Shown here piece by piece: positions 21,201 through 31,500 of a stretch of DNA of 64,000 nt; position 1 is the first letter of the stretch, and every line of letters starts with the position of its first letter. Made by a program: the position numbers and the translations under genes. The notes under the pieces are model-generated. The model made no database searches. It worked only from the letters and a program-made list of their open reading frames with translations, and was not told the origin of the DNA. Source of the stretch: Epithemia pelagica (Eukaryota > Protista > Bacillariophyta); the NCBI GenBank assembly GCA_946965045.2, contig OX337233.1:2542001-2606000 (forward strand), read 5' to 3'.

Positions 21201-22013
21201 GAATTATACAACTTGGTTCTCAGGTTGGAAGCGTTGGTCAACAATGGCACCATACCGAAAGGATCGGAAATTTTTATGTTCACGGATAATTCCACGGCAG
21301 AGTCGGCCTTTTTCAGAGGAACTTCATCGACTCCACTATTGTATGATCTTGTATTGCGAACGAAGCGGCTTGAGATGACGGGTCAAGTTTTCGTTCGGGT
21401 AATCTGGGTGGCAGGAACCAGGATGATTGAGCAAGGGACGGATGGTCTGTCCCGTGGCGATTTAATGACGGGAGTTATGGCCGGCGGAGACATGCTTATG
21501 TATGTTCCGTTGAACAAGACGGCGGAAGAAAGACAGAGTGGATTGGTTGCTTGGCTGAAGAGTTGTGGACCCTCTTTCCTTTGGAAAGTTCTCGACACCA
21601 AGGACTGGTTTGATCGGGCGTTTGAAGACGATGATTTCATAAGGATGCCACCACCAGCTATTGCTGATGTGGCCGTTGATCAGTTGTGCGAGGCGCGACA
21701 TGTGCGAACACGTACAGGACACATATTCATTTGCCCTGCCCTCATGACGAATCGTTGGCGCAAGAAACTCGGCAAAGTGGCGGATTGCGTTTTCACTGTA
21801 CCAGTGGGCTGTGCTCTTTGGAGTAAATCTCAACACGAACCTTTGATTGTTGCATTTGTTTGTCCGTTTCTTTATAGGCGTCCCTGGCAAGTTAAACGGA
21901 AGAAGACTCTATTGGAGCAAGTGGACGGGGAACTGCAAGGGCTGTGGGAGGCCGGTCCAACCGCTGTCAGGGATTGTCTGCGCAAACTTTGGGAGTACAA
22001 GGGGGACGAGTAA
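18219..22013 (+). CDS. YR retrotransposon pol: putative C5-MTase-like relic, W-rich region, reverse transcriptase, RNase H and DIRS-type MT-like domain
   Basis: RT motifs FFSVPKGEDDIRMVYDGT, DNDFGEMFLNF, MGLTTSPY and YVDD. RNase H motifs IIFGDASG, SSNYREL, FTDNSTAE and TDGLSRG. C-terminal FIRMPPPAIAD...HIFICPALMTNRWRKKL. Confidence 0.88.
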   Translation: MKNDGGRKRKAVEVLDVEAMNEEKSEDESDNSSSKFNCYVERPAFCLSPVGVEERKITRLKVGKGDCKIGLASGGTPFWFWAVSSLGHVKWIDTPEEKVSGGETGSSGWAKLAIIRESKLTRNKGTKKMRIAVRRPQSWKDRPDVDIVLFDGGWTPTPRHSVWKMPTVQVVCWIGGRQGAGPYRHDANWTTTVIRLRHDELGGVTTQESLIHVAERVVEGRPHRFVDCWRNFVEPGLENTTMSGVVDPTINGQDWPAPSAYDPMKEGVNIVHRKMNWKKDRHRMHVLPSVFTTSCHVKRRLSPKELAIALDFPAELHKHGSSEELNCWLDELLVPFKCRVQVALSLREWMSGTQEEQENEPLDQDSMDQAGKRDLGTSSEEARMTEAEALYSAPDSEEGVGSLNVEERREDRNLKATKSDDAEIPTYLWDDRICDKLGIRDVRKQAECIKALNVIRGAALRYWKRRVCSDFWSWWRFQRFDQDNGDTTLRDRTWQAGLSALSHASQASWWDWDKGSSPFFWRMPDPQWLRDMRDGIAPMWIGEPPSYRRRQQANPDEKQRAFEKKKLTKVRSRGYIAPTNGIKSLTSFFSVPKGEDDIRMVYDGTKSGLNDSLFAPWFGLGNVNSMLRTVESRTWSADNDFGEMFLNFWLHPDLRAYTGIDITDLFPEELKNRYGRTRLWEAWTRCAMGLTTSPYQATQNAQRVKRLIFGDKLDPKNIFGWVNVRLNLPGDADYDPSVPWVSKIRDDGVIAADVHPYVDDLRETAPSEEEAWAAASKMAKGASFYGLQDAARKRRPPSKTPGAWAGAVVGTDEKGQVYKTVSQERWKKTKGHINTLKQWAEEGGKIDRKELERVRGFLVYVSLTFDTMVPYLKGIHLTLETWRSDRDAEGWRLPEKDRQKRKLSELNKSEGPPKKVDPAPRFASDVAALVELTRDESPPRILARPTKGAKAAIIFGDASGEGFGSSLWLYGSQTVETEHGLWTKAYGGRSSNYRELYNLVLRLEALVNNGTIPKGSEIFMFTDNSTAESAFFRGTSSTPLLYDLVLRTKRLEMTGQVFVRVIWVAGTRMIEQGTDGLSRGDLMTGVMAGGDMLMYVPLNKTAEERQSGLVAWLKSCGPSFLWKVLDTKDWFDRAFEDDDFIRMPPPAIADVAVDQLCEARHVRTRTGHIFICPALMTNRWRKKLGKVADCVFTVPVGCALWSKSQHEPLIVAFVCPFLYRRPWQVKRKKTLLEQVDGELQGLWEAGPTAVRDCLRKLWEYKGDE

Positions 22014-23424
22014 GCCTTGTTGTGGTATCTGGCATGCGAAATGTTATACTCAACTGTCGGAAGACAGGTTTCCAGTTTATGAGGCTGGGGATTTGGACGA
22101 TGCCTTGTTGGACACCGAATTGCATTGCGAATTGGCTGATGATGAGAAACGCTTCCGAGAGGCTCGCGTTGGAGATGACCTGATGTGCAACTTCCAATGC
22201 GACGAATGCAGTTTCTATAACATGCAGGGAAGATTTCCGAGTGACCACAAGGAAGCCGACAAGCTATTAATGTTGTGCATTCGGAGGGCGACTTTGGATT
22301 CGTTTTGGTCACGAGAACGCACCACAGTAGAAAAAAATTGGAGGGAGGTTAGAGGTTTGATCGAAGCAGGTGAAACAATGGGCTTAGACCAACCTTTGCC
22401 GCAACGAGGACCGTGTCCGGTAGTGGATGATCAAGGCATGAAGGTAGCTTGTCTCATGTTAATCAAGACAATGAATCAGGGCCGAAACTCGAGGCATATT
22501 CAGTTCGAGTCGGCTCGCAAGGTCAGATCAGCAGTGTCAAATTTTTATCATACATTGCCAGGTGGCACAGGCTTGGCAACCGTTGGATATGGTGACCGTG
22601 GTGGATTGTTCTTTAGTGGGAGTCCGACAAATTCTCACTGGTACAAACGATTCATGACCGGCTGTCATCGACGAATGGGGGATGTTTGGATCCCAGACCA
22701 AGCCACAACGTTGGACGAAGTAAAAGCAGGATTAGCCGTCTTAGAGGAGGAATGGCAGGGAGGTTTGCAGGGGGCAAGAAAACTTGAAGTTGCTTTGACG
22801 GGCGCGTTGGTAGTGGTTGGTTTCGTGGCAGCGTTGAGGGGAGAAGAAATCCCACAGATCGACATCGGCTTGATGAGGAAATATTGGGTTGAGGGCCTTG
22901 AATACCCAAGAAAAAGCCATGTTCCGTTAGCATTGGCTGGGCGGTTTAAACAAACCAACGGAACCTTCAGAATCTACATCCACCCGTTGGCAGACAAGAC
23001 TAGCTCGGGTATTGAAGTGCGATTGTGGTTGGAACGAGCCATTCGATGTTGGAATGCAAATGGAGTCACCTCTGGCCCGTTGTTTCGAGTGACAAAAGGA
23101 AAGGGCAGGATTGCAAGAGCTTCTGTGGGCGACTTGGACATTCTATTTCACGATTTGTGGAAACGAGTCCAACACCGTTTTCCCCAACTCATTCCAGACA
23201 CCACAAAAGTTGAAGAAGCATTTAGCGTCCGTCGTTCTCTTCGGAGAGGAGCAACCACCGAAGCGCAAAACAGGGCAATTCCCACAGAAGTGCTAGAAGC
23301 AAACAATAGATGGAGAAAGCATCTGAAAGGAAGGGGAATCCTCCCCACCATGTCGATGGTTGAAAGATACACTGATGCCAAGGCATCAGTAGAAGCCTTG
23401 GTGAGATTCTCAGAATTGATGTGA
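21847..23424 (+). CDS. Tyrosine recombinase with Cys/His-rich N-terminus, overlapping the end of pol
   Basis: AALRGEE (R), GRFKQ (K), RRSLRRGATT (xxxR box), NNRWRK (W) and VERYTD (Y); N-terminal CKGC...CANFG...CCGIWHAKCY...CNFQCDEC. Confidence 0.85.
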   Translation: MLHLFVRFFIGVPGKLNGRRLYWSKWTGNCKGCGRPVQPLSGIVCANFGSTRGTSKPCCGIWHAKCYTQLSEDRFPVYEAGDLDDALLDTELHCELADDEKRFREARVGDDLMCNFQCDECSFYNMQGRFPSDHKEADKLLMLCIRRATLDSFWSRERTTVEKNWREVRGLIEAGETMGLDQPLPQRGPCPVVDDQGMKVACLMLIKTMNQGRNSRHIQFESARKVRSAVSNFYHTLPGGTGLATVGYGDRGGLFFSGSPTNSHWYKRFMTGCHRRMGDVWIPDQATTLDEVKAGLAVLEEEWQGGLQGARKLEVALTGALVVVGFVAALRGEEIPQIDIGLMRKYWVEGLEYPRKSHVPLALAGRFKQTNGTFRIYIHPLADKTSSGIEVRLWLERAIRCWNANGVTSGPLFRVTKGKGRIARASVGDLDILFHDLWKRVQHRFPQLIPDTTKVEEAFSVRRSLRRGATTEAQNRAIPTEVLEANNRWRKHLKGRGILPTMSMVERYTDAKASVEALVRFSELM

Positions 23425-24172
23425 GGAGGTGAATCTTGAGGAAAATGAAGAGATGGATGACAAGATACGAGGGGAACGACCACACAGGGTGAAGACTCGA
23501 CTGTACTCCCTAGTGGGTACGTCCAGGTCGCTTGTTGTTGTCAGCTTGACTGTTGAAGATTGGGGGGCTAATTCTCCAGGTTGGATGCTGGGGGTTGGCA
23601 CCCTACAGCAGCTGACTACTGTACTACTGCGAAGAGATTTCGAGAGTGCAGGCTCACTTTGTGAGTAAAAGGAGAATGGCTCACTAGTTGGATACACGCT
23701 CGCCCACAGCAGACGCGCATCGTTCAGAATCTGGAGTTCTGGCAGCGCGGCGCGATTCCGGATCCTTCCCTACATGGGACTGATGGGTGGGGGGCCTATA
23801 CCCCCCCAGTGTTGGTTAAGTACTTTAATATAATGTTATCAGGTTGATGAACGAGACAGGAACGCTGAAGTGTTGCGATTGCTTGGAAGAGAGAGGATGA
23901 AGTACCGGCGTTTTTTGCCTTACATGGGAAGGTTTTGGTGTAAAGTACTGAATTTCGACTCTTGAGCTAAAAAAGTTTTTCTAGTCTTTGATGTTTTTCA
24001 ACCCCCAGACCCCCTTAGCCTGCCGGCTTACCCGACACGTTCATTCTGAACTCAGTCGAACATTGCTTATGTAGCTCCTCAGCTCTCTGTTGACGATGTT
24101 GAACATACTCCTAGAGGAGTAAAACACTGAAAAGGAATACTCTTTTGTCAAATATATTAACGAAGCATAGTC

Positions 24173-25027
24173 TTAGTTGGATGTTGATCCTGAATCTCCA
24201 TTTCCTTGACGCACCATGATTTTGAGCAGAATGGGGATGGTTTTCGTGGCATCCCACATATACGGCATCGACTGTATACACGTCGTCGCCACCTGGAATC
24301 CATAGCGCTCTTCACACAGAGTAAAAAATGCATCGTCATGGTCTTCCAATCCAGGAATATGATGGGCATAGGTAAAAATAGCGCATCCGTGTGCGGGGTG
24401 AAGGAGTGCCTGCAACGAGGCCGCCAACTTTTCATGCAAACTGTGATTCCACAAACACTCTGACAAGAGTGCAACATCAAAGAATGCTTGTGGAGAATTG
24501 TTTCGGCGAGCTGCCAATGCAGTAGTCATAGGTTTTGTCGAAGTTCCCCATTCATGTCCAATCACAGCCACTCGGTCTACCACATTATTCCCGAGGTCGT
24601 TCCAGTTGTAGCCTACAGTCTCTCGAATGGCTTGGAGCATGTCCTCGTCAGGGTAGTCCGTAATAGCACTGAAACTTGATCCACTCTTTAAGGCTGCCAA
24701 GGAAGGCAGTGCTGTTCCTGCTCCGAATTCAATCGTCGACTTATCCTGGACGAGAGCAGGATTTTCCAACAGGTATTGAGCCATGTACCGAGATCCACTC
24801 CACACCTGGTGTGCAAACAACGTCCCCTTATCAGGAGGCTGTTGTACGAGAAAGGAGACGGAGCCAACTGGAATGCGTGATTGGTGCAATGTGGTATTCA
24901 TGTTCTGGTCGTCATCGTCGTCATCATGGTCAAAAAGGGCAAAAAGACTCCCTCCTGTATCATGGTCCTCTACAGGCTCTGTTTTCGTCACATCCTGTGG
25001 CTGATATTCTTTGGGAATGGATGTCAT
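24173..25027 (-). CDS. Protein N-/lysine methyltransferase, family 16 (EFM7/NNT1-like)
   Basis: LFAHQVWSGSRYMAQYL, IEFGAGTALPSL, ITDYPD, LLSECLWNH; the start codon is uncertain. Confidence 0.8.
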   Translation of the reverse strand: MTSIPKEYQPQDVTKTEPVEDHDTGGSLFALFDHDDDDDDQNMNTTLHQSRIPVGSVSFLVQQPPDKGTLFAHQVWSGSRYMAQYLLENPALVQDKSTIEFGAGTALPSLAALKSGSSFSAITDYPDEDMLQAIRETVGYNWNDLGNNVVDRVAVIGHEWGTSTKPMTTALAARRNNSPQAFFDVALLSECLWNHSLHEKLAASLQALLHPAHGCAIFTYAHHIPGLEDHDDAFFTLCEERYGFQVATTCIQSMPYMWDATKTIPILLKIMVRQGNGDSGSTSN

Positions 25028-25205
25028 GGAATGCTCTTGAGCTTTGTCTTTGTCATTCTTGCCATTTCGTTTGGTTCCGTTGCAGTTCTGTAGGAAAGAC
25101 ACGCGGTTGATTTATGGGACGATGTGATGGCATGCGCCCGACGAAGTGCAGACCATCTGACGTCATTATCTGATGGACTGTGATGGATCATCTTTTCATA
25201 TCACC

Positions 25206-26024
25206 ATGGTGTTCCTTTCCGGTCTTCTCACGAGCTTGCTGGTGATCCATCAAAGCACAGCGGCATTTCTTCCCAACCATGGAGCTCTGCCATGGGGAAG
25301 GAGACATGTCGTCGATGAAAGCTGTAGGTTCATGTTCACGGGGATCATTGAAGAAATGGGAAGTGTTGTGTCGCTGGTCGAAAAGGACGACATGCTGCTG
25401 TGGGATGGATCGACTGGCAAGGGAACCGAACTAACCGTAAAGGGCCAGGTAGTTCTGGAAGGAGCGTATTTGGGTTGCAGTATATCTGTCTCGGGCGTTT
25501 GCTTGACGGCTACGCAACTCGAACCCGATCAATTCACCGTCGGCCTGGCACCCGAAACCTTGCGACGAACCTATTTTGCAAGCCTCAAGGAGGGTGATGC
25601 AGTCAATTTGGAACGTGCGAGTGAAATTGGGGGACGAAACTCGGGTCATTTTGTGCAGGGTCATGTCGATGATACCGGAACCATTCTGGAAAAATGGCAA
25701 GATCAAGATTCCTTATTCTTCAAGATTCATGTCGAGGATTTGGAAGTATTGTCGTTCATTGTGCCGAAAGGATTCATTGCCATTGATGGAACGAGTCTAA
25801 CGGTTGTTGACGTGAATAGAGAAGAGCAATGGTTCACTTTCATGTTGGTGGACTATACTCAAAAGAAAATTGTTGTAACGGCCAAAGAGGCAGGTGACCG
25901 TGTCAATCTAGAAGTCGACGTATTGGGCAAATATTCACAAGCAGCACTTGCCACTCTTATTCCGAGACTAGAAGCCTTGGAAGCCAAAGTGAACAGCCTT
26001 GAAAAGCAGCTGTCGGCACAATGA
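25206..26024 (+). CDS. RIB5: Riboflavin synthase (alpha chain) with bipartite plastid-targeting presequence
   Basis: Canonical MFTGIIEEMG; GCSISVSGVCLT, VNLERA, GHFVQGHVD, GFIAIDGTSLTV, VNLEVD; signal peptide ending TAA-FLP. Confidence 0.95.
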   Translation: MVFLSGLLTSLLVIHQSTAAFLPNHGALPWGRRHVVDESCRFMFTGIIEEMGSVVSLVEKDDMLLWDGSTGKGTELTVKGQVVLEGAYLGCSISVSGVCLTATQLEPDQFTVGLAPETLRRTYFASLKEGDAVNLERASEIGGRNSGHFVQGHVDDTGTILEKWQDQDSLFFKIHVEDLEVLSFIVPKGFIAIDGTSLTVVDVNREEQWFTFMLVDYTQKKIVVTAKEAGDRVNLEVDVLGKYSQAALATLIPRLEALEAKVNSLEKQLSAQ

Positions 26025-26459
26025 GGCTTCTTAGACCAATCCTTACTGTAAAGGTATTTAGTTTTTCTTTGCCTTCAAAGAATCGTTCTATGACGGTTAC
26101 GATACAGCGATGCTCAGCACTGTCTCAATAGAAGTCTCTTATCTTATGCTCGACCTCAGTAATGACGACCAGAGATTCCAACTTTGAACAACCGAACAAT
26201 TGAGCTTTCTTTCACTACACGAATACCAAGATCGAGACCATTGAAATTCGAAGGAAACTCCGATGATTTCAAGACATCCATTATCCATTCTCGTAAAAGT
26301 AGGAGTTGCTCGGCTTCGCTTCATTTGCTCCGAAGGGAATTGATTGCTTGGTCGATAACTCCTGAAGAAACGAGTTCGAATGCAGTTGTTCTCGTAGCTT
26401 CATGTTCTCCATGCCAACGCTCTCTTAAAAGCCCCTTTTGGATATTTTAGCTTATCTCA

Positions 26460-27008
26460 TCACATTTTCGGATCATTGCTTTGTTCTGCTGGTGCATTCA
26501 AAACGTTGGGTTCATAGAGCCCAATCATGATACCCTCAGGCGTTCGCATCGCCGCGACTTTACCATGTGCAGGATACTGGATCGATCCATCTAGATGTGC
26601 TCCAGCTTGTACACAGGCTGCAACACGTTGGTTCATATCTTGCACTTGAAAGGTCAACATGGGCGAATTGCCAGTGGCCAGTTGCGATTCGGTGGACGTT
26701 GCGGACAAGTGAAGACGAATGCTTCCATCCGTCAACTCGGCCCAGTCCTCTGTTCCACGCATGAGTGTCAACCCCACAGCCTTGCTATAGAATTCCGTAG
26801 CCTTCATGAGTCCCTCTCCTCCACCTCGAACCATGACGACGATGCGTGCAAGACGGGATGCCGTTGGAGGTACCATGGTCATGATGGCGTCGGTGTTCGG
26901 TATCTTTGAAGGATCCTCATGATGGATTTTGGTCTTGTGGGACTCAACTACTCCTATTTTAGCAACCCCAGAGCTACTTATCTTCCCAATATTTCGTGAC
27001 CTTGCCAT
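26460..27008 (-). CDS. Glyoxalase/bleomycin-resistance (VOC) family protein
   Basis: ATEFYSKAVGL...PMLTFQVQDM...AGAHLDGSIQYPAHGKVAAMRTPEGIMIGLYEP. Confidence 0.8.
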   Translation of the reverse strand: MARSRNIGKISSSGVAKIGVVESHKTKIHHEDPSKIPNTDAIMTMVPPTASRLARIVVMVRGGGEGLMKATEFYSKAVGLTLMRGTEDWAELTDGSIRLHLSATSTESQLATGNSPMLTFQVQDMNQRVAACVQAGAHLDGSIQYPAHGKVAAMRTPEGIMIGLYEPNVLNAPAEQSNDPKM

Positions 27009-27281
27009 TCAATCAAATTGGATGACCACGACCATGTCGTATGATCTATTCCTCTACAGGGTAACGGGACATAGGGAGAGGAGGGCACAGGACACGTGAA
27101 ATGAACTGGGATAAGAAAACCTCCCAATTTCCTTAATGGGGCGAAAGTCCTAAATCCTAAAGCTATTCTCAGTACACAACAATCGGACACAAACTGTAAC
27201 ACATGTTTCTTCTGGTCAGCATACTCATTCTCTTCTAAGCACGGAAGTCACGTAAAGCTCGTGATTTGGGGGTAGCCTTTC

Positions 27282-27938
27282 TTATCGCGATCCGGGAATG
27301 CGAAGTTGGTCCATGTACCTCCACAGGATATTTGGATTGACGAGCTTGTCGACTTCATAGATCATTCCAGGACCCACTTCGTAGGTTTGCAGTACCTTGG
27401 CTCCATTGATCAAAAGACCTCCGTCATCTTGTCCTCCTACACCGAACATTCCTCCAGTCTTGGTCCGATCCACGTTGACAGCCTCTCCGCCCAAGGTGAC
27501 GACACCGCCCGAGTTGTACAGTTGTTCGTACGTGACTGTTTCGGCTACACAATGAAAGGCGCCAATCTTATTTTTGGTCTCGGTATTTCGAACATCTTCC
27601 ATTTGTTTCAACTTTTTGTCACCCAACTCTTGAAAGGCCTCTTCGGTTGGAACAAACATGGTGTATCCATCACCGTCACTGAGCTTTTTCCAGAGCTCGT
27701 CGTTCTTGTCAATTAAATTGTAAAACGCCGGATAGTTTTCCAAGAATGAGCGTGCTTCCACAAGACTTTGTTGATCCGAAGAAAAACTACTCCACAGGCT
27801 TGTCGTCGGTGGGACAAATGCCTCTTTGATGGTAGGGTTCACTGTCTTTGTTTTGGTGTGAACAATGGGTACCACGTGAAATGCTAGACCCAACCCTCCA
27901 TAATAGAAAATGGTCAAGAGTAACACAAGGCCCACCAT
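27282..27938 (-). CDS. Fasciclin (FAS1) domain protein with signal peptide
   Basis: YTMFVPTEEAF H1 motif and INGAKV...IYEVDKLV H2 motif; hydrophobic N-terminus ending GLA-FHV. Confidence 0.85.
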   Translation of the reverse strand: MVGLVLLLTIFYYGGLGLAFHVVPIVHTKTKTVNPTIKEAFVPPTTSLWSSFSSDQQSLVEARSFLENYPAFYNLIDKNDELWKKLSDGDGYTMFVPTEEAFQELGDKKLKQMEDVRNTETKNKIGAFHCVAETVTYEQLYNSGGVVTLGGEAVNVDRTKTGGMFGVGGQDDGGLLINGAKVLQTYEVGPGMIYEVDKLVNPNILWRYMDQLRIPGSR

Positions 27939-28558
27939 TGCCAATTGTTCGTCTCGTTTCTTGCCACAATGATGCGATGATGCTCCACTACTAGCAGAAT
28001 CTTTCTCGGTTGCGGTTTGCGGTTGCCTTCGAATGGGGGTATGATGTCAGCCAGATGAGTTGACTGGGATCAATCACGTTCGGAAGCTCGGTCGCACACA
28101 CAGATCCGAAATCCGCGCTATACAATATGACCCTCCCTCTAACCTTAGGTGGAACAATGTTCCATGCACTCATCGTCCGACCTATGGGAAAAGAGAAAGA
28201 AGGAGGATGATTGAAATGATCGACCTATACAATAATGGTGTGCGTAGATGCTTTCTTGGGACTTGGGAATTGAAGGAGTTCAGAAAAGGCTACCCACCAT
28301 TATCCATCCATTACGATGAACGGGGGGGGGCAGACTTTCCACCTTCCACCCACCAAAATGGGGTCGACTCTTCCATTTTCGGGTATGTATTGGATCTTGT
28401 TTCTCCAAACTCCAAACGTGTTCACGTCTTGCAAAATGCATAAAGGTTCTGCAATCATGGATCATGGATCATGGACCATGCACTTTTACCAGTGCCGTCT
28501 CTTCTATCGTAAACATAAAACAAAAACCTAGTACTTTGGAGCTCATCTCTCGACAACA

Positions 28559-31500
28559 ATGTCGGGCAGCAGCAACAACAAGAGCAAGAACGGTTCGAAC
28601 CGCAAGAAACCGGTCCAAAAATTACGTACGGCCGAAGATGTCTTGCATCGGTTGCGATGGTGTCCCTTGCCAGAAGAGAGGGGTGCCGTCATGATAGGTT
28701 ACGATGATCGAGTGAGGGGTCCGATGGAAACGGCCTTGGATGATTTTTCCAGTATCCAAGAGGGTGGTGACATTCCTGAACATCGCATTTGGTATTTTCG
28801 ATGCCAACCACCTTCCCTTGTTTTGTCGACAACAACGGAACCAACGCCTGGCAGTGAACAACACGTCGATCAAACGGACCCAAACGCGTTAGAATCAGTA
28901 TCGCAACGTCCGACAGGTGATGCTTCCGATGATTCCATTGAAGCAGCGTCGGAAGAAGCCAATCCTCACGATCCCATCTCTCGTCTCAATGACACGGAAA
29001 TCAACGACATGGTTCTCTGGGATCGATTGGGAAAAGTGGACATGCTCTTTGGATCTGGGGTGGGAAAAAGTCCTCACAAAATTTCACCAACCACGACGCA
29101 AAATATCCGAGCGGCCATGTCTAATATGCAACAGATTGAAGCAGAACGATTGGAACGCCGACAACAACGAGATCATGAACGTCAACGCTTGGCCGCCAAA
29201 CGACAAGCACGAAAACAGGGATTGGGAATATCGGCTGCTAATGATGACGACAAGAACATGTCATCCGTGGGTGATACCTTCGCAACTGCGGCGTCGGAAA
29301 ACACGGCCAGCAACCACAATGGAACTGTCGCCACTGCCAATAACAAGTCCTCTCATGCGCATCGACGAGAACAAGAAAGATACACCTGGCATGCGACGGG
29401 TCACTTTGACTATTCAAAAGAAGAAGGATCATGGAAGCCCTCTGTGGCGCACGAGCTAGGCAGAAGTACAAGTCCAAATGAGAGCATGGATCGCGAACTC
29501 AAAATCGTTTCATGGAATGTCTTGTTTGATCTACACAATGACCACGACAACAACATTGTCGACGTGACAGAGACTCGACAGGCCGAGGAAAACAGTGAAG
29601 ATGATATACGTCGCTGGACCAAACTCATTGCGGAATTGGCTGGGTCGGATGCAGACATTATTGCCCTGCAAGAAGTTACACCAACCTTTCTTGATCTTTT
29701 GGTGTCATCTCGGTGGGTTCAAGATAAGTTTTGTCTGAGTGCAGCTCCTGGCCATACTGAAACCGTGACTCCCAGTGGCAATATGGTTCTTTGGTGCAGA
29801 TCTCAGGATCGACTGAGACCACTCTCGGCATGGATCTGTCGGGATGGTGCTGTAAAACAACGATCCAATATGGTGCTCTTGGAATGGAACCATGTTGTCC
29901 TCTTGATTGCCAATCTTCACTTATTGGCCGATCCCTTGCAAAGATCTGCTGCTGCAGCACGGCATCGTGAACTCTCGTCTGTCATCGGACAACTCCAAAT
30001 ACTCGAAAGCAAGCTGTGGCAACGCCAAAACCAACCAAACAACAACCGTATTCGTGCAACGGTTCCCATTGTGCTGGGTGATTTCAATGCAAATGAGCAA
30101 CAAAAGGAATTGCAGAATGGATGTTTTGAAGGCGAGGCAGTTTTGGGGAACCGGTTCAGCCAAGGCTTCTTTGTCGATACATGGGCTGTCCTGCAAAAGA
30201 GCAGTATGCCCGATCAGCTCTCTGATGGGTTTACGTTCGACCCTCGAACCAATTCGAGAGCTAAGCGAACAAGAGCCTTGACGACACAAACTCTGGCTCC
30301 AAAGCGGAATGATCGCATATACATTGCTCGGCAGTGGACGAGTCAGGATCCAACGGACGACATTGCCTTGCTTCCAATATCAGGAGAATTGCTCTGCCAA
30401 AATGATTCCATGCCGCCCTCGGATCATTTTGGTTTGTCCATTTCCTTTCGACAAGGGCCCTTACTGAATCACCCTGCCACGGGACCTACGCTGTGTAACC
30501 CTGGCCACATCGAGCGCAACGCCTGGGCTGCTTCCGCGGAGTCAACAGTTGATTCTCTACTTGGAATTGTGCTGGGACGAAGCGTTGTCGGTGGTGTTTC
30601 GTTTTGTGACTCTTCATCAACACTACCAATCCCGCATATTACAATGCTTCATGGCTTTGCTGACTTTGGCTCGAGTCAGGGCAAAAGTTTGGCGCTTCAA
30701 GCCTGCACAAACGCCGTGGATCATTTCTTGAAACACCAAGAACACGATCACCAGGATGGGTTCAGTCTTACCTTTTCTCCATCATGTCTTGAAGTACTCT
30801 CTCACCAGTCGTCAGCAACTTTGGTTGCCTCGCCCGAAATGGAAAGAGAATCAAGCTCATGGTTACGTGATTTATACGAATGCTTGATTGGAACCTTCCG
30901 TCGATGCCATCAACAAGAAAGTCGGTTCGACTCTGGATGGAAGCCTCATGTGTCATTGGGACAATACGGTACATCGATCACTGCTCGATCTCGGTTAGTT
31001 GAGCTGCGGGAAAGCGAGCGGTGGCTTACTGAGGATTGTGTTATCCCAGTGTATGCGATTACGCTGTTTCAACGATACAAGGTAGACGGGAAGATTTATG
31101 CTGTTGCTTCCGTTCCCCTTTCCAGAAAGCCTCCTTCTCCGTGTCGTCATCCCAGAATTGTAAACACTGTCTTCTCAGACATGGGGGAGTCATGGTCTCG
31201 TTATTTCCGGGGGCAATGCCAAGCATTGATTTTGGAAGTTGACAGGGCTTGCCGCCACTGCGCATCAGTTCTGAATTGCGGCCGTGCAAGTATCATCCCA
31301 ACAGGATCCTATGCAATCGGTGTTGGGTTGCCAGATATTAGTGACATTGATGCAGTGGTTCAAGTAAGGGCTACCGATACCTCTGTGAGAATCTCAAGCA
31401 GATTATTCTTTCATGAGTTGGCGCAGCACCTTGTGGCCATCCATCCTGGCGCCAAAATTCGGTCTCGGGTAGCAGGAACGTCAACCGCCCCGCTTGAAAT

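Larger units (their letters stand above)
13060..24060 (+). mobile_element. Tyrosine-recombinase retrotransposon (DIRS order), with a nested LINE; boundaries approximate
   Basis: Co-oriented gag-like ORFs, an RT-RNase H ORF and an overlapping tyrosine recombinase ORF; no DDE integrase. I could not find terminal repeats, so the ends are estimated. Confidence 0.85.

Noticed and set aside
26110-26450. Protein-like minus frame (LLRERWHGEHEATRTTAFELVSSG...*SEAEQLLLLREWIMDVLK) downstream of the glyoxalase gene
   Set aside because: It has an internal stop, no start and no recognisable homology; it cannot be supported as a gene or pseudogene without a search.
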